A stretch of DNA of 64,000 nt from an uncultured Oscillospiraceae bacterium (GTDB lineage Bacteria > Bacillota > Clostridia > Oscillospirales > Oscillospiraceae). The stretch lies in the NCBI GenBank assembly GCA_944385275.1, contig CALWWP010000020.1, positions 198 through 64,197 on the forward strand, given 5' to 3'. The position numbers and the translations under genes are program-made. The notes under the pieces are model-generated. The model was given only the letters and a program-made list of their open reading frames with translations, ran no database searches and was not told the origin of the DNA. Below, piece after piece: positions 9,399 through 21,479 of this stretch. Every line of letters starts with the position of its first letter. Position 1 is the first letter of the stretch.

Positions 9399-9428
9399 AA
9401 GGCAGGAGAGAAAATTCTCTCCTGCCTT
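9399..9428 (+). promoter_or_regulatory. intercistronic stem-loop between the SBP and permease genes (no U-tract)
   Basis: AAGGCAGGAGAG-AAAATT-CTCTCCTGCCTT, a perfect 12-bp stem. The downstream sequence GCTACACAAA is not T-rich. Confidence 0.6.
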
Positions 9429-9464
9429 GCTACACAAATCGAGATAAAACGCATAGGAGTATTT

Positions 9465-10112
9465 ATGAGTTTTTCTGTTGTAACTTTTAAACTGCTTGAT
9501 GGTTTTACCATTTCCTGCACTATATTTTTTATTACTCTTGTACTTGCGCTCCCACTCGGACTTCTGGTCGCTTTTTGTTCTATGAGCCGCTTTACACCGC
9601 TGCGCTGGCTCACAAAAACATTGGTCTGGATCATACGCGGAACTCCGCTCATGCTTCAGATCATTATCGTCTTCTACGGTCCGGGACTCATTTGGGAAGG
9701 CGATTCTCTACCTCGCCTGACAGCAGCTTTAGTGGCTTTCGTCATCAACTATGCAGCATACTTCTCTGAAATTTTTCGCGGAGGCATCGAAAGCATTTCA
9801 CGCGGTCAGTATGAGGCTGGCCAAGTCTTGGGAATGACCAAGTCTCAGATATTTTTTAAAATTATTTTACTGCAGGTTGTCAAACGCATCGTTCCGCCTA
9901 TGAGCAATGAGATCATAACTCTGGTCAAAGATACTTCTTTGTCAAACGTCATTGCCGTACGCGAGATCATTATGGAAGCTCAGGCATTTATATCCACTTA
10001 TGCCTTAATATGGCCTCTCTTCTATTCCGGCGTATTTTACCTTGTTTTCTGCGGTATCCTCACTCTCTTGTTTAGATACCTAGAAAACAAGCTGTCGTAT
10101 TTTAAAGTTTAG
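9465..10112 (+). CDS. amino-acid ABC transporter permease (His/Glu/Gln/Arg/opine family)
   Basis: 215 aa, 5 predicted TM segments, EAA-type loop (SRGQYEAGQVLGMTKSQIFFKIILLQVVKRIVPP). Confidence 0.85.
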   Translation: MSFSVVTFKLLDGFTISCTIFFITLVLALPLGLLVAFCSMSRFTPLRWLTKTLVWIIRGTPLMLQIIIVFYGPGLIWEGDSLPRLTAALVAFVINYAAYFSEIFRGGIESISRGQYEAGQVLGMTKSQIFFKIILLQVVKRIVPPMSNEIITLVKDTSLSNVIAVREIIMEAQAFISTYALIWPLFYSGVFYLVFCGILTLLFRYLENKLSYFKV

Positions 10113-10123
10113 GAGGCACTGTA

Positions 10124-10909
10124 ATGGCAATATTGGAAATGCACAATATCTATAAAAGCTTTGGCAGCACAGAGGTTTTGAAGGGAATTGATCTTTCACT
10201 GAACAAAGGTGAAGTAATGACTATAATCGGCTCTTCTGGAAGCGGCAAGACAACTTTGCTGCGCTGTCTGAATTTTTTAGAGATCCCAGACTCCGGCAAA
10301 ATTATAGTAGGCGGCGATGTCTTATTTGATGCAGACGATCCGAATACTCAGCGTGAAAGCGAAATACGAAAAAAACGCCTCCATTTTGGTCTTGTCTTTC
10401 AATCATTTAACCTATTTCCTCAGTATACCGCTTTAAAAAATGTTACGCTTGCTAAAGAACTACTTATGCGAGATAATCCTGAATTTAAAAAACACAAAAA
10501 GGCTATGCTGGCTCAAATAACAGAGGACGGCAAAGCTCTGCTGAAGCAGGTCGGTCTCGGAGATAAACTCGATTTTTACCCTCATCAGCTGTCCGGCGGC
10601 CAGCAGCAGCGCGTCGCAATCGCCAGAGCGCTTGCGTTAAATCCAGACATCTTGTGTTTTGACGAGCCGACGAGTGCTCTTGACCCAGAGCTCACAGGCG
10701 AGGTCTTAAAAGTCATACGTTCCCTTGCCGACAAAAAAACCACTATGGTCATAGTTACCCATGAAATGGCCTTTGCGCACGATGTAGCTGATGTGATTTA
10801 TTTTATGGATAACGGTGTAATTATTGAATCTGGTCCTCCCTGTCAAGTTATAGATTCGCCCAAGGAAGAGCGTACCAAACAATTCCTTCAGCGTTACAGA
10901 AATACGTAA
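10124..10909 (+). CDS. amino-acid ABC transporter ATP-binding protein
   Basis: Walker A GSSGSGKTT, signature LSGGQQQRV, Walker B ILCFDEPTSALD, H-loop VTHEM. Confidence 0.92.
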   Translation: MAILEMHNIYKSFGSTEVLKGIDLSLNKGEVMTIIGSSGSGKTTLLRCLNFLEIPDSGKIIVGGDVLFDADDPNTQRESEIRKKRLHFGLVFQSFNLFPQYTALKNVTLAKELLMRDNPEFKKHKKAMLAQITEDGKALLKQVGLGDKLDFYPHQLSGGQQQRVAIARALALNPDILCFDEPTSALDPELTGEVLKVIRSLADKKTTMVIVTHEMAFAHDVADVIYFMDNGVIIESGPPCQVIDSPKEERTKQFLQRYRNT

Positions 10910-10914
10910 TTTTT

Positions 10915-10949
10915 AACGCGCCGTTTAAAAAAACGGCGCGTTTGTTTTT
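10915..10949 (+). terminator. intrinsic terminator of the ABC operon
   Basis: AACGCGCCGTTT-AAAA-AAACGGCGCGTT followed by TGTTTTT. Confidence 0.85.
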
Positions 10950-10984
10950 ACAAAAAACTTATATTGAATTATTATGAAATGCTA

Positions 10985-11013
10985 TTGACTATATATATTC
11001 TACAGTATATAAT
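10985..11013 (+). promoter_or_regulatory. sigma-A-type promoter upstream of the MATE gene
   Basis: TTGACT (10985-10990), 17-nt spacer, TATAAT (11008-11013). Confidence 0.65.
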
Positions 11014-11111
11014 GTGTTAGTATTCGTAATTTGCTATACATTTTTACCATGTTACATATCTTAAAAGAGGTGACTAAGAGATTCGTTCTTAAATCCGATT
11101 CTCGCAAGTAT

Positions 11112-12593
11112 ATGAGTAATGCTACTGGAACAAAACACTCCAGAATGCCTCACGGCAAAGCCATAACTACCACGTTGGATCGTCTTCCATTCGGTGATGC
11201 CGATTTTCTCGAAAAAGACAGGCACAAAACAAAAAAGGAGCGCAAGGAGCTTCCCGAAAATGTTACATCAAAAGAGATGTACAGCGATGTTCTGAAAATT
11301 GCATGGCCATCCCTGACAGAGCTTTTGTTAACCTCCTTGACTTCCATGATCGACATGATCATGGTCAGTAATTTAGGTACCTTTGCCACGTCAGCCGTAG
11401 GTCTTGCGCAGCAGCCTAGATTCCTATTCAATACTGTAGTTCAAGCTGTAAATACAGGAAGTACGGCTCTTGTAGCCAGAAGCCGCGGTAAAGGCGAAGT
11501 GGATATGGCAAACAATGTAATGCGCCATTCAATGCTTTTTTCAGTTGTTCTCGCCGTTATATGTTCTATTTTAGGCGTTATATGTGCATCACCACTGATT
11601 CGCTTTATGAGTTCCGGCGGCATTTCAGAGTCCACCATACAACTCGGTATAGAATATCTTCAGATACAGATGTATGGTTTTGGCTTTATGGTTTTGACTA
11701 CAACGATAACCGCGGTCTTGCGCGGAAGCGGAAATTCAAAGCCAGCTATGTACTATAATGTCACTGTAAATATTGTAAAAATCATAGCAAACCTTATTAT
11801 GATCCCTACAATGGGTATTCCCGGAGCGGCCTATGCTACGATCATTAGCCAGGGCGTCGGTATGTTCTTTGCCTTCTATTATCTGCTTTGCGGAAAATAC
11901 TATTTGAAGCTTACATTTGAGCGTTTTCATTTTGACTATCGTGTCATTTCCGATATGTGTAAGGTTGGCCTTCCTGCAATGCTCGAGCAGGCTATCATGA
12001 GAGTTGGTATGATAATCTTCTCACGTACTATAGCTTCTCTTGGCGAAGTCGCTATGGCTACTCACCAAATTTGTATGAACATACAATCGTTGTCTATGAT
12101 GAATGGTCAGGCGCTTGCCGTATCTGCAACTACACTTATCGGTCAAAGTCTTGGCAGGAAGCGCCCCGATATGGCAGAACATTACGGCCGCAAATGCCGT
12201 TCAGTCGCATTCTGGATCTCTGTATGCTTAGCTGTTGTCTTTGCTTTGTCTGGCAAGTACATAATCCTGCTCTACAACCATTCAGATCCAGAAGTCCTTG
12301 CTCTTGGTTCTGTGATAATGTACTTCGTTGCAGTTACACAGCCATTCCAATCTTCTCAGTTCGTTATCGCAGGTGCTCTCAGAGGCGCCGGAGACACAAA
12401 GTCTATTGCCGTCATCATGCTCGTCACGGTCGTTATAATAAGAGCTGGCCTTGCCTCCCTCTTTGTCAACGTATTTCACCTTGGAATATACGGAGCATGG
12501 ACAGCAATGTCTCTCGATCAGCTGACTCGTTCCGGACTTGTAATGCTGCGTTATAATCAAGGAAAATGGAAAGATATAAAGTTGCTTGAATAA
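11112..12593 (+). CDS. MATE family efflux transporter
   Basis: Multi-TM protein with a MATE-type N-terminal core (VLKIAWPSLTELLLTSLTSMIDMIMVSNLG) and an internal repeat (KVGLPAMLEQAIMRVGMIIF). The start is uncertain. The track ORF opens at TTG 11031. In-frame ATGs lie at 11112, 11145 and just before MYSDVL, and none has a good SD. 11112 was chosen because it lies downstream of the predicted TSS. Confidence 0.8.
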   Translation: MSNATGTKHSRMPHGKAITTTLDRLPFGDADFLEKDRHKTKKERKELPENVTSKEMYSDVLKIAWPSLTELLLTSLTSMIDMIMVSNLGTFATSAVGLAQQPRFLFNTVVQAVNTGSTALVARSRGKGEVDMANNVMRHSMLFSVVLAVICSILGVICASPLIRFMSSGGISESTIQLGIEYLQIQMYGFGFMVLTTTITAVLRGSGNSKPAMYYNVTVNIVKIIANLIMIPTMGIPGAAYATIISQGVGMFFAFYYLLCGKYYLKLTFERFHFDYRVISDMCKVGLPAMLEQAIMRVGMIIFSRTIASLGEVAMATHQICMNIQSLSMMNGQALAVSATTLIGQSLGRKRPDMAEHYGRKCRSVAFWISVCLAVVFALSGKYIILLYNHSDPEVLALGSVIMYFVAVTQPFQSSQFVIAGALRGAGDTKSIAVIMLVTVVIIRAGLASLFVNVFHLGIYGAWTAMSLDQLTRSGLVMLRYNQGKWKDIKLLE

Positions 12594-12612
12594 AAAATAC
12601 ATCTATTTTTTC

Positions 12613-12660
12613 AAAAAGAGAACTTCTGCAGAGTTATCGTTCTGCGGAAGTTCTCTTTTT
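12613..12660 (+). terminator. intrinsic terminator after the MATE gene
   Basis: AGAGAACTTCTGCAG / CTGCGGAAGTTCTCT stem (one G-U pair) flanked by an A-run and TTTTT. Confidence 0.85.
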
Positions 12661-12725
12661 ACTTTTATAAACATAGAAAAGTTCATATTTAAATTTTATA
12701 ATCTTAAAAAAGGAGGTCTTGTAAA

Positions 12726-13205
12726 GTGACAAAATGTAAAAAAATCGGTATCACATGCGTCATATTGCTTATTACCGGACTCATCGCTATTATCATAATC
12801 CCTCTTCTGAACAAACCTATAAATAGTTTAATAACGATCTCCGGATTATCAAATGAAGCTGCCAGCAACAGCTATATTCTTGCTGCTACTGGCCAAAATT
12901 ACTACGAGCTTCAAGGCAATAACAACTTTTCTGAGTTGTTTGATTTTGATCAGTGGCAAGAATCGGACAAGCCAGATGGAGAACCAGTACTTATCCTTCG
13001 TTTTGCGGAACAGTTCATTTTAGAGATCTATTCCAACGGCTACGCCGCCGCACACAACAGCTACGCCTCTGGGGATGAAAAGAGCGATGCATTTTACAGT
13101 ATCCCTCAGAATACCGCTGACAATTTAATTGCCTATGTAGAGCAATTTGGCAAACCTCATCAATTTGGAGACGGCTCAATCAGCGCTTCTACTTTCAACT
13201 ATTGA
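12726..13205 (+). CDS. hypothetical membrane-anchored protein
   Basis: GTG start 9 nt after AGGAGG (12711-12716). 159 aa with one N-terminal TM helix (IGITCVILLITGLIAIIIIPLL). No family recognised. Confidence 0.5.
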   Translation: MTKCKKIGITCVILLITGLIAIIIIPLLNKPINSLITISGLSNEAASNSYILAATGQNYYELQGNNNFSELFDFDQWQESDKPDGEPVLILRFAEQFILEIYSNGYAAAHNSYASGDEKSDAFYSIPQNTADNLIAYVEQFGKPHQFGDGSISASTFNY

Positions 13206-13207
13206 CA

Positions 13208-13247
13208 CAAAAAATGCGGTATGCAAAAGCATACCGCATTTTTATTT
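13208..13247. terminator. bidirectional intrinsic terminator shared by the hypothetical gene (+) and tuf (-)
   Basis: ATGCGGTATGC-AAAA-GCATACCGCAT flanked by an A-run upstream and a T-run downstream. Confidence 0.85.
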
Positions 13248-13253
13248 TACTGA

Positions 13254-14459
<1,206 letters not shown>

Positions 14460-14514
14460 TGTGGATTATCCTCCTTATAATTAAATAATAAGTTCAACTT
14501 TAGTATTTTGAAAC

Positions 14515-14543
14515 ATTTTACAGCATAATGCAGAATTTTGCAA
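14515..14543 (-). promoter_or_regulatory. internal sigma-A-type promoter for tuf in the fusA-tuf spacer
   Basis: Minus strand TTGCAA (14543-14538), 17-nt spacer, TAAAAT (14520-14515). Confidence 0.55.
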
Positions 14544-14556
14544 GGCCTTATTCGCC

Positions 14557-16632
14557 TTATCTGCCTCTTTTGCTTATAATATCTTCCTGAATAGATTTTG
14601 GAATCTCAACATAGTGGCTGGGTTCCATGCTATACTGGCCTCTGCCCTGTGTGCGTGAACGCAAGTCAGTTGCATATCCGAACATCTCTGACAGTGGTAT
14701 AAAAGCATCTATCTGGCAGGTTCCATTTCTGGTATCCATACCCTGAATTTGTCCTCTTCTGGAACTGACATCTCCCATAACATCGCCAACATATTCCTCG
14801 GGAACAATGATGACGACTTTCATAATAGGTTCAAGTAGCGTCGGGCTGGCTTTTTGACAAGCTTCTTTAAATGCCATTGAAGCGGCAATTTTAAATGCCA
14901 TTTCAGATGAGTCAACTTCGTGATAAGAACCGTCAAACAGGGTAACTTTTACGTCTACGACGTTGTATCCGGCCAACACACCGGACTGCATAGCACCCTG
15001 AATACCTTGATCGATAGCCGGTATATACTCTTTCGGAATAGCTCCGCCAACGATCTTATCAATAAATTCATACCCCTTACCCGGCTCGTTAGGCTCAACG
15101 GTAATTTTAACATGACCGTATTGTCCTTTACCACCGGACTGGCGTGCATATTTTGTATCGACTGTAGCCGACTTGCGTATAGTTTCCTTATAGGATACCT
15201 GAGGCTTACCTACGTTGGCTTCTACACGGAATTCTCTGAGCAGTCTGTCCACTATTATCTCAAGGTGAAGCTCACCCATACCGGCAATAATGGTCTGTCC
15301 AGTTTCTTCATCCGTATAAGTCTTAAATGTCGGATCCTCCTCCGCCAGCTTCGCCAGCGCAATACCCATCTTCTCCTGACCAGCCTTTGTCTTAGGCTCA
15401 ATAGCCACGCGTATGACAGGTTCCGGAAACTCCATAGACTCAAGTATTATCGGGGCCTTTTCATCGCAGAGAGTATCGCCTGTAGTTGTGTTCTTCAGGC
15501 CAACTGCAGCTGCTATATCTCCGGAATATACTGTATCTATATCTTCACGGTGATTGGCATGCATTTGAAGGATACGTCCCATTCTCTCGCGCTGTCCTTT
15601 TGTGGAGTTCAGGACGGTAGAACCAGCTGTCGCTGTTCCGGAATACACACGGAAAAATGAAAGTCTTCCAACATATGGATCAGTCATGATTTTAAATGCA
15701 AGCGCGGCAAACGGAGCTGAGTCGTCTGACGGACGGGAATCTTCTTCTCCTGTATCAGGATTAGTTCCCACAATAGGAGGAACATCCAGCGGAGAAGGCA
15801 TATAATCTACGATGGCATCAAGAAGTTTCTGAACGCCCTTGTTTCGGTAAGATGTACCGCAAGTAACAGGCACCATCTTAACTGCAACCGTAGCCCTTCT
15901 TATAGCTGCGCGTATTTTGTCTACCGGGATTTCTTCGCCTTCCAAATAAGCCATCATAATGTCGTCGTCAAAGTCGGAAACGGCTTCCAAAAGCTTCTGA
16001 CGATACTCTTGGGCTATAGGCATCATATCTTCCGGTATCTCTTCGACTCGCATGTCTTTTCCAAGATCATCATAGTAGATATCTGCGTTCATCTCGACTA
16101 GATCAACAATTCCCTTAAAAGTGCTCTCAGAGCCTATGGGCAACTGAATAGGAACTGCATTACATTTAAGTCTATCATGAATCATATCGAGCACATTAAA
16201 GAAATTTGCACCCATGATATCCATTTTGTTCACATAGATCATGCGAGGTACATGGTAGTGGTCTGCTTGGCGCCATACAGTTTCGGACTGCGGCTCAACG
16301 CCTCCCTTTGCGCACATGACAGTAACTGAGCCGTCAAGTACTCTCAGTGAGCGTTCAACTTCAACTGTAAAGTCGACATGGCCCGGCGTATCAATAATAT
16401 TGATACGGTGATCTTTCCAAAAACAGGTCGTAGCAGCAGAAGTAATAGTAATACCTCTTTCCTGCTCCTGTTCCATCCAGTCCATGGTCGCAGCGCCCTC
16501 ATGCACTTCACCCAATTTGTAGGTACGGCCTGTATAAAAGAGCATACGCTCTGTCGTCGTAGTCTTACCTGCGTCAATATGGGCCATAATTCCTATATTT
16601 CTTGTTTTTTCAAGGGAACATTGCCTTGCCAT
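14557..16632 (-). CDS. fusA: elongation factor G
   Basis: 691 aa with [17 protein letters not shown] and NKMD motifs. Sits in rpsL-rpsG-fusA-tuf order. Confidence 0.98.
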   Translation of the reverse strand: MARQCSLEKTRNIGIMAHIDAGKTTTTERMLFYTGRTYKLGEVHEGAATMDWMEQEQERGITITSAATTCFWKDHRINIIDTPGHVDFTVEVERSLRVLDGSVTVMCAKGGVEPQSETVWRQADHYHVPRMIYVNKMDIMGANFFNVLDMIHDRLKCNAVPIQLPIGSESTFKGIVDLVEMNADIYYDDLGKDMRVEEIPEDMMPIAQEYRQKLLEAVSDFDDDIMMAYLEGEEIPVDKIRAAIRRATVAVKMVPVTCGTSYRNKGVQKLLDAIVDYMPSPLDVPPIVGTNPDTGEEDSRPSDDSAPFAALAFKIMTDPYVGRLSFFRVYSGTATAGSTVLNSTKGQRERMGRILQMHANHREDIDTVYSGDIAAAVGLKNTTTGDTLCDEKAPIILESMEFPEPVIRVAIEPKTKAGQEKMGIALAKLAEEDPTFKTYTDEETGQTIIAGMGELHLEIIVDRLLREFRVEANVGKPQVSYKETIRKSATVDTKYARQSGGKGQYGHVKITVEPNEPGKGYEFIDKIVGGAIPKEYIPAIDQGIQGAMQSGVLAGYNVVDVKVTLFDGSYHEVDSSEMAFKIAASMAFKEACQKASPTLLEPIMKVVIIVPEEYVGDVMGDVSSRRGQIQGMDTRNGTCQIDAFIPLSEMFGYATDLRSRTQGRGQYSMEPSHYVEIPKSIQEDIISKRGR

Positions 16633-16663
16633 GAATCTCTTCTCCTACTCCTACTACTTCTGA

Positions 16664-17134
16664 TTACCAGCGATAATGTGCAAACGCCTTATTGGACTCA
16701 GCCATCTTATGCGTATCCTCACGCTTTTTGACAGAACTTCCAAGGTTATTTGCAGCATCCATGATCTCGCCGGCCAATCTTTCTTTCATTGTCTTCTCAC
16801 TGCGGGCTCTTGAATAGCTGGTCAGCCAGCGCAGACCAAGTGTCTGACGTCTGTCTGGTCTGACTTCGATCGGAACCTGATAAGTTGCACCACCTACACG
16901 ACGAGCCTTAACTTCAAGAGACGGCATGATGTTCTCTAGAGCCTGAATGAATACTTCAAGCGCTGGCTTATCGGTCTTGCTAGCTATAATGTCAAAAGCC
17001 TCATATACGACTTTCTGGGCAACACCCTTTTTGCCGTCAAGCATGATGCTGTTGATCAGCTTTGTAACAAGTACAGAATTATACACAGGATCCGGTAAAA
17101 CTTCTCTTTTGGGAATATTACCTCTTCTGGGCAC
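16664..17134 (-). CDS. rpsG: 30S ribosomal protein S7
   Basis: The track ORF extends to 17152. GTG at 17134 lies 7 nt after GGAGGG and gives the canonical (M)[16 protein letters not shown]-terminus. Confidence 0.95.
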   Translation of the reverse strand: MPRRGNIPKREVLPDPVYNSVLVTKLINSIMLDGKKGVAQKVVYEAFDIIASKTDKPALEVFIQALENIMPSLEVKARRVGGATYQVPIEVRPDRRQTLGLRWLTSYSRARSEKTMKERLAGEIMDAANNLGSSVKKREDTHKMAESNKAFAHYRW

Positions 17135-17298
17135 TATACTTCCCTCCTTCATAATTTGATTTCATAGGTACTCGAAAGCCGGACTGCTTACGCCTTCCGC
17201 TCCCGTAAGGCCCCGAGGCATTTATAATATATATAAAAACATCAGGGCTGTAGAGACAGCCTTTTCTCTACACTGATAGGACTAAACTAACAAATGGA

Positions 17299-17718
17299 TT
17301 ACTTGCCGCCCTTCGGTCTCTTGGCTCCATACTTGGATCTGGCCTGTTTGCGGTTTGCGACACCCTGAGCGTCAAGTGTGCCTCTGATGATATGATAACG
17401 AACACCAGGCAGGTCCTTGACACGGCCGCCTCTGATCATAACGACAGAGTGCTCCTGCAGGTTGTGTCCGATTCCCGGAATATACGCAGTAACTTCATAA
17501 CCGTTAGTCAAACGTACACGGGCGATCTTCCGCAGAGCCGAGTTCGGCTTTTTAGGGGTAGAAGTTCTTACCGCGGTGCAAACTCCTCTCTTCTGCGGAG
17601 AGCTCTGATCATTCTCCTTGTTTCTCAGGGTATTCAGAGACTTCTGCATAGCCGGGGAATTTGACTTGTAGGTAACCTTTTCTCTTCCCTTTCTTACCAG
17701 CTGACTAAATGTGGGCAT
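17299..17718 (-). CDS. rpsL: 30S ribosomal protein S12
   Basis: 139 aa starting [14 protein letters not shown], with [10 protein letters not shown]. Invariant S12 sequence. Confidence 0.98.
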   Translation of the reverse strand: MPTFSQLVRKGREKVTYKSNSPAMQKSLNTLRNKENDQSSPQKRGVCTAVRTSTPKKPNSALRKIARVRLTNGYEVTAYIPGIGHNLQEHSVVMIRGGRVKDLPGVRYHIIRGTLDAQGVANRKQARSKYGAKRPKGGK

Positions 17719-17790
17719 GGTTTTCCTCCTTTCTCAATTCATTTTTTATTTTATCGAATGTTATTTACATTCGGTAAAAACTCTCGAAAT

Positions 17791-17824
17791 CCCCGGCACA
17801 GCGCATTCCCGCGCTCTGCCGGGG
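17791..17824 (-). promoter_or_regulatory. GC-rich stem-loop in the rpsL leader / rpoC 3' region
   Basis: CCCCGGCA(C/G)AGCGC arms, 14 bp with one mismatch and a 6-nt loop. On the minus strand the nearest T-run begins 10 nt after the stem, so this is not a canonical terminator. Confidence 0.5.
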
Positions 17825-17861
17825 TAATTCTTGGTAAAAGTCTCATTTTCGCAGACGACAT

Positions 17862-17890
17862 ATTATATCATGTCAGTACAGCTTAGTCAA
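17862..17890 (-). promoter_or_regulatory. sigma-A-type promoter of the rpsL-rpsG-fusA(-tuf) operon
   Basis: Minus strand TTGACT (17890-17885), 17-nt spacer, TATAAT (17867-17862). It starts 15 nt after the rpoC stop. Confidence 0.7.
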
Positions 17891-17904
17891 GTAGAGCTCT
17901 TCGT

Positions 17905-20900
17905 TCAACTTACCAAATTTTCTGCGTCTAACGACGGGGTTTCTGTGCCAATACTGCTCTTTTTCTGCTCGTCGTTCTTATCTTGGAAATTGCGGTAAAT
18001 CGAAAGTCCAGAACCTGCAGGTATCAGTTTTCCTATAATGACATTTTCTTTCAGTCCGGAAAGATGATCTACTTTCCCCTTTATCGCGGCTTCTGTCAAA
18101 ACCTTAGTGGTTTCTTGGAAAGAAGCTGCCGAAAGGAAAGACTCTGTAGCTAGGGAAGCCTTTGTTATGCCCATGAGCAGTCTTGTGTATGTTGCCGGGA
18201 TGAGGTCTATTTCTCCGGCGGCTATGCGCTCCTCTATTTTTTGATTGGCATCTTTCAGCTCGAAGATATCTACAGTGGATCCGCTCAGCAGATCTGTGCT
18301 GCCCGGATCTTCAATTCTGACCTTGCGCATCATCTGACGCACTATGACTTCTATGTGCTTGTCGTTGATATCAACGCCCTGCTGGCGGTAAACCTTCTGA
18401 ACTTCCTGAATAAGGTAGTTCTGTGCAGCTTCTACTCCTCTGATACGCAGGACATTATGCGGATTGAGAGTACCGTCGGTCAGTTCCTGTCCTTTTTCCA
18501 CCATCTGTCCATCGCTCACGCGGATGCCTGCGCTGTACGGTATCTGAATAACGCTGCTCTCTCCGCTTTGCTCGTCTGTAATTATAATGTTGCAGAGGTT
18601 GTTTTTCTTTACATCTTCCAGCGTCACTCTTCCGGATATTTCAGCAAGCTGGCTCATCTTCTTCGGCTTTCTGGCTTCAAACAGCTCCTCAACTCTCGGC
18701 AGACCCTGAGTAATATCGTCACCGGCGATACCGCCTGTGTGGAATGTTCTCATTGTCAGCTGCGTACCAGGCTCGCCTATGGACTGTGCTGCGATAACTC
18801 CTACTGCTTCGCCTTCGCTTACAGGTTCTCCGATAGCAAGGTTTATTCCATAGCACCTTGCGCAGACTCCCTTGCGTGCCTCGCAGTTGAGCACAGACCT
18901 GATCTCAACGCTGTCAATACCGTTCTCCTCAAGTATCTTGGCATCAGGCGAACGAAGCATGTGATCTTTGCTGAACAGGACATTGCCATCTTTATCAAGT
19001 ATATCGTTTACAGGGAATCTGCCATGGATAGCTTCGCCAAAGCTTTGGATCAGCTGGCCTTTTTCGTATACGGCAGCCGCGCGGATACCAACTTTGGTGC
19101 CGCAGTCGTGCTCTCTAATGATGACGTCTTGAGATACGTCTACCAGACGTCTAGTCAAATAACCCGAGTCAGCCGTACGAAGCGCAGTATCGGCAAGTCC
19201 CTTTCTGGCGCCTCTGGATGAAATGAAGTATTCCAAAACAGAGAGGCCTTCGCGGAAGTTTGCTTTTATCGGTATCTCTATAGTTCTACCCGACGTATTG
19301 GCCATAAGGCCTCTCATTCCGGCGAGCTGACGGATCTGGTTCATGCTACCTCTGGCTCCGGAATTTGCCATCATATAGATCGGATTGAACTCATCGAGCG
19401 CATTTTGCAGCGCATCGGTAACATCTTTTGTCGTCTTTTCCCATTCCTGAACAACAAGTCTGTAGCGCTCGTCGTTTGTGATAAAGCCTCTCTTGTACTG
19501 TCTTTCAATAGCTACGACCTTCTGCTCTGTCTCATTTATAAGCCTCTTCTTGGCGTCCGGCACAGTCATGTCGGAAATCGAGATGGTGATCGCGCCCTGC
19601 GTCGAGTATTTAAAGCCGAGCGCTTTTATATTGTCCAAAACCTCTGTACTGACTGTAAAGCCGTGTTTTGCAATACACTTCTCAACGATCTGCTGCAGTT
19701 CCTTTTTGCTGACTCTGAATCCGATCTCATATTCAAATGCATTTTCTGGATCGCTTCTGTCGACAAAGCCGAGATCCTGCGGGATAGGCTCATTGAAAAT
19801 GATACGGCCTACAGTAGTATTTACCAATTTTGAACGAATTACTCCATCTATTTCTTTTGTTATCCTGACCTTGATGGGCGCGTGGATGCCGACATCGCCT
19901 TCGTTATACGCCATTATCGCTTCATTAGGTGAAATAAATGCATTCCCTGATCCGATCTCGTTTCTCTCGTATGTGAGATAATACGAGCCCAAGATCATGT
20001 CCTGAGTCGGGACCGTTACAGGCTGACCGTCCTGAGGACGCAGAAGGTTATTTGCAGAAAGCATCAATATGCGCGCTTCCGCCTGAGCCTCCGCAGACAG
20101 CGGAACATGGACTGCCATCTGGTCGCCGTCGAAGTCGGCGTTATATGCCGTACACACGAGCGGATGGAGCTTAAGAGCGCGTCCTTCTACCAGCACAGGC
20201 TCAAAAGCCTGTATGCCAAGTCTGTGAAGTGTAGGCGCACGGTTGAGCAGCACAGGATGCTCCTTGATAATTACATCAAGAGCGTCCCATACTTCTGTAC
20301 GTCCCTTGTCTATCATCTTCTTGGCGCTTTTAATGTTATTGGCGGCTCCGTCCTCCACCAGTTTCTTCATGACGAACGGACGGAACAGCTCAATTGCCAT
20401 TTCCTTAGGTAAGCCGCACTGATAAAGCTTCAGCTCCGGTCCTACCACGATAACAGAACGTCCTGAGTAGTCTACACGTTTGCCCAGCAGATTCTGGCGG
20501 AAACGTCCCTGCTTGCCCTTGAGCATATCTGACAGCGACTTGAGCGCTCTGCTGTTGACTCCGGTCACCGCTCTTCCGCGGCGTCCATTGTCTATCAAAG
20601 CGTCTACAGCCTCCTGAAGCATACGCTTTTCATTGCGCACGATTATGTCCGGCGCATTGAGCTGAATAAGTCTCTTCAGGCGGTTGTTGCGGTTTATTAC
20701 CCTTCTGTACAGATCGTTCAGATCTGAGGTGGCAAATCTGCCGCCGTCAAGCTGTACCATAGGTCTGATCTCGGGCGGGATCACCGGCAGCACATCGATG
20801 ATCATCCACTCCGGCTTATTGCCGGACTGGCGGAATGCCTCAACTACAGACAGCCTCTTGATTATCTTTGCCTTTTTCTGACCCGAAGCGTCTTTAAGTT

Positions 20901-21477
20901 CTGCCCTCAGCTCTGCCTGCAGTTTTTCACAGTCGATCTGCATCAGCAATTCCTTTATTGCCTCAGCTCCCATACCTGCGCTGAAATCATCTTCGTATTT
21001 CTCACGCATATCGCGATACTCTTTTTCGGTAAGAATCTGATTTTTGGTAAGAGGAGTAAATCCGGGATCGGTCACTATATAAGCTGCAAAATAGAGGACT
21101 TTTTCCAATATTCTAGGAGAAATATCCAGTATGAGACCCATTCTGGATGGTATGCCTTTGAAGTACCATATATGCGATACCGGCGCCGCCAGTTCTATAT
21201 GTCCCATGCGCTCTCGGCGTACTTTTGCCCTTGTTACTTCAACGCCGCATCTGTCGCATATCTTGCCTTTATAGCGTATCTTCTTGTACTTTCCGCAGTG
21301 ACATTCCCAGTCCTTCGTCGGGCCAAAAATTCTTTCGCAGAACAGACCGTCGCGTTCCGGCTTGAGTGTTCTATAATTAATGGTCTCAGGCTTTTTGACC
21401 TCGCCATAGGACCATTGTCTGATCATTTCGGGAGATGCGATTCCTATCTGGATCGCGTCAAACGGTGCATAACTCAT
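17905..21477 (-). CDS. rpoC: DNA-directed RNA polymerase subunit beta'
   Basis: 1190 aa with the catalytic NADFDGDQM motif and zinc-binding cysteines near the N-terminus. Confidence 0.98.
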   Translation of the reverse strand: MSYAPFDAIQIGIASPEMIRQWSYGEVKKPETINYRTLKPERDGLFCERIFGPTKDWECHCGKYKKIRYKGKICDRCGVEVTRAKVRRERMGHIELAAPVSHIWYFKGIPSRMGLILDISPRILEKVLYFAAYIVTDPGFTPLTKNQILTEKEYRDMREKYEDDFSAGMGAEAIKELLMQIDCEKLQAELRAELKDASGQKKAKIIKRLSVVEAFRQSGNKPEWMIIDVLPVIPPEIRPMVQLDGGRFATSDLNDLYRRVINRNNRLKRLIQLNAPDIIVRNEKRMLQEAVDALIDNGRRGRAVTGVNSRALKSLSDMLKGKQGRFRQNLLGKRVDYSGRSVIVVGPELKLYQCGLPKEMAIELFRPFVMKKLVEDGAANNIKSAKKMIDKGRTEVWDALDVIIKEHPVLLNRAPTLHRLGIQAFEPVLVEGRALKLHPLVCTAYNADFDGDQMAVHVPLSAEAQAEARILMLSANNLLRPQDGQPVTVPTQDMILGSYYLTYERNEIGSGNAFISPNEAIMAYNEGDVGIHAPIKVRITKEIDGVIRSKLVNTTVGRIIFNEPIPQDLGFVDRSDPENAFEYEIGFRVSKKELQQIVEKCIAKHGFTVSTEVLDNIKALGFKYSTQGAITISISDMTVPDAKKRLINETEQKVVAIERQYKRGFITNDERYRLVVQEWEKTTKDVTDALQNALDEFNPIYMMANSGARGSMNQIRQLAGMRGLMANTSGRTIEIPIKANFREGLSVLEYFISSRGARKGLADTALRTADSGYLTRRLVDVSQDVIIREHDCGTKVGIRAAAVYEKGQLIQSFGEAIHGRFPVNDILDKDGNVLFSKDHMLRSPDAKILEENGIDSVEIRSVLNCEARKGVCARCYGINLAIGEPVSEGEAVGVIAAQSIGEPGTQLTMRTFHTGGIAGDDITQGLPRVEELFEARKPKKMSQLAEISGRVTLEDVKKNNLCNIIITDEQSGESSVIQIPYSAGIRVSDGQMVEKGQELTDGTLNPHNVLRIRGVEAAQNYLIQEVQKVYRQQGVDINDKHIEVIVRQMMRKVRIEDPGSTDLLSGSTVDIFELKDANQKIEERIAAGEIDLIPATYTRLLMGITKASLATESFLSAASFQETTKVLTEAAIKGKVDHLSGLKENVIIGKLIPAGSGLSIYRNFQDKNDEQKKSSIGTETPSLDAENLVS

Positions 21478-21479
21478 TG

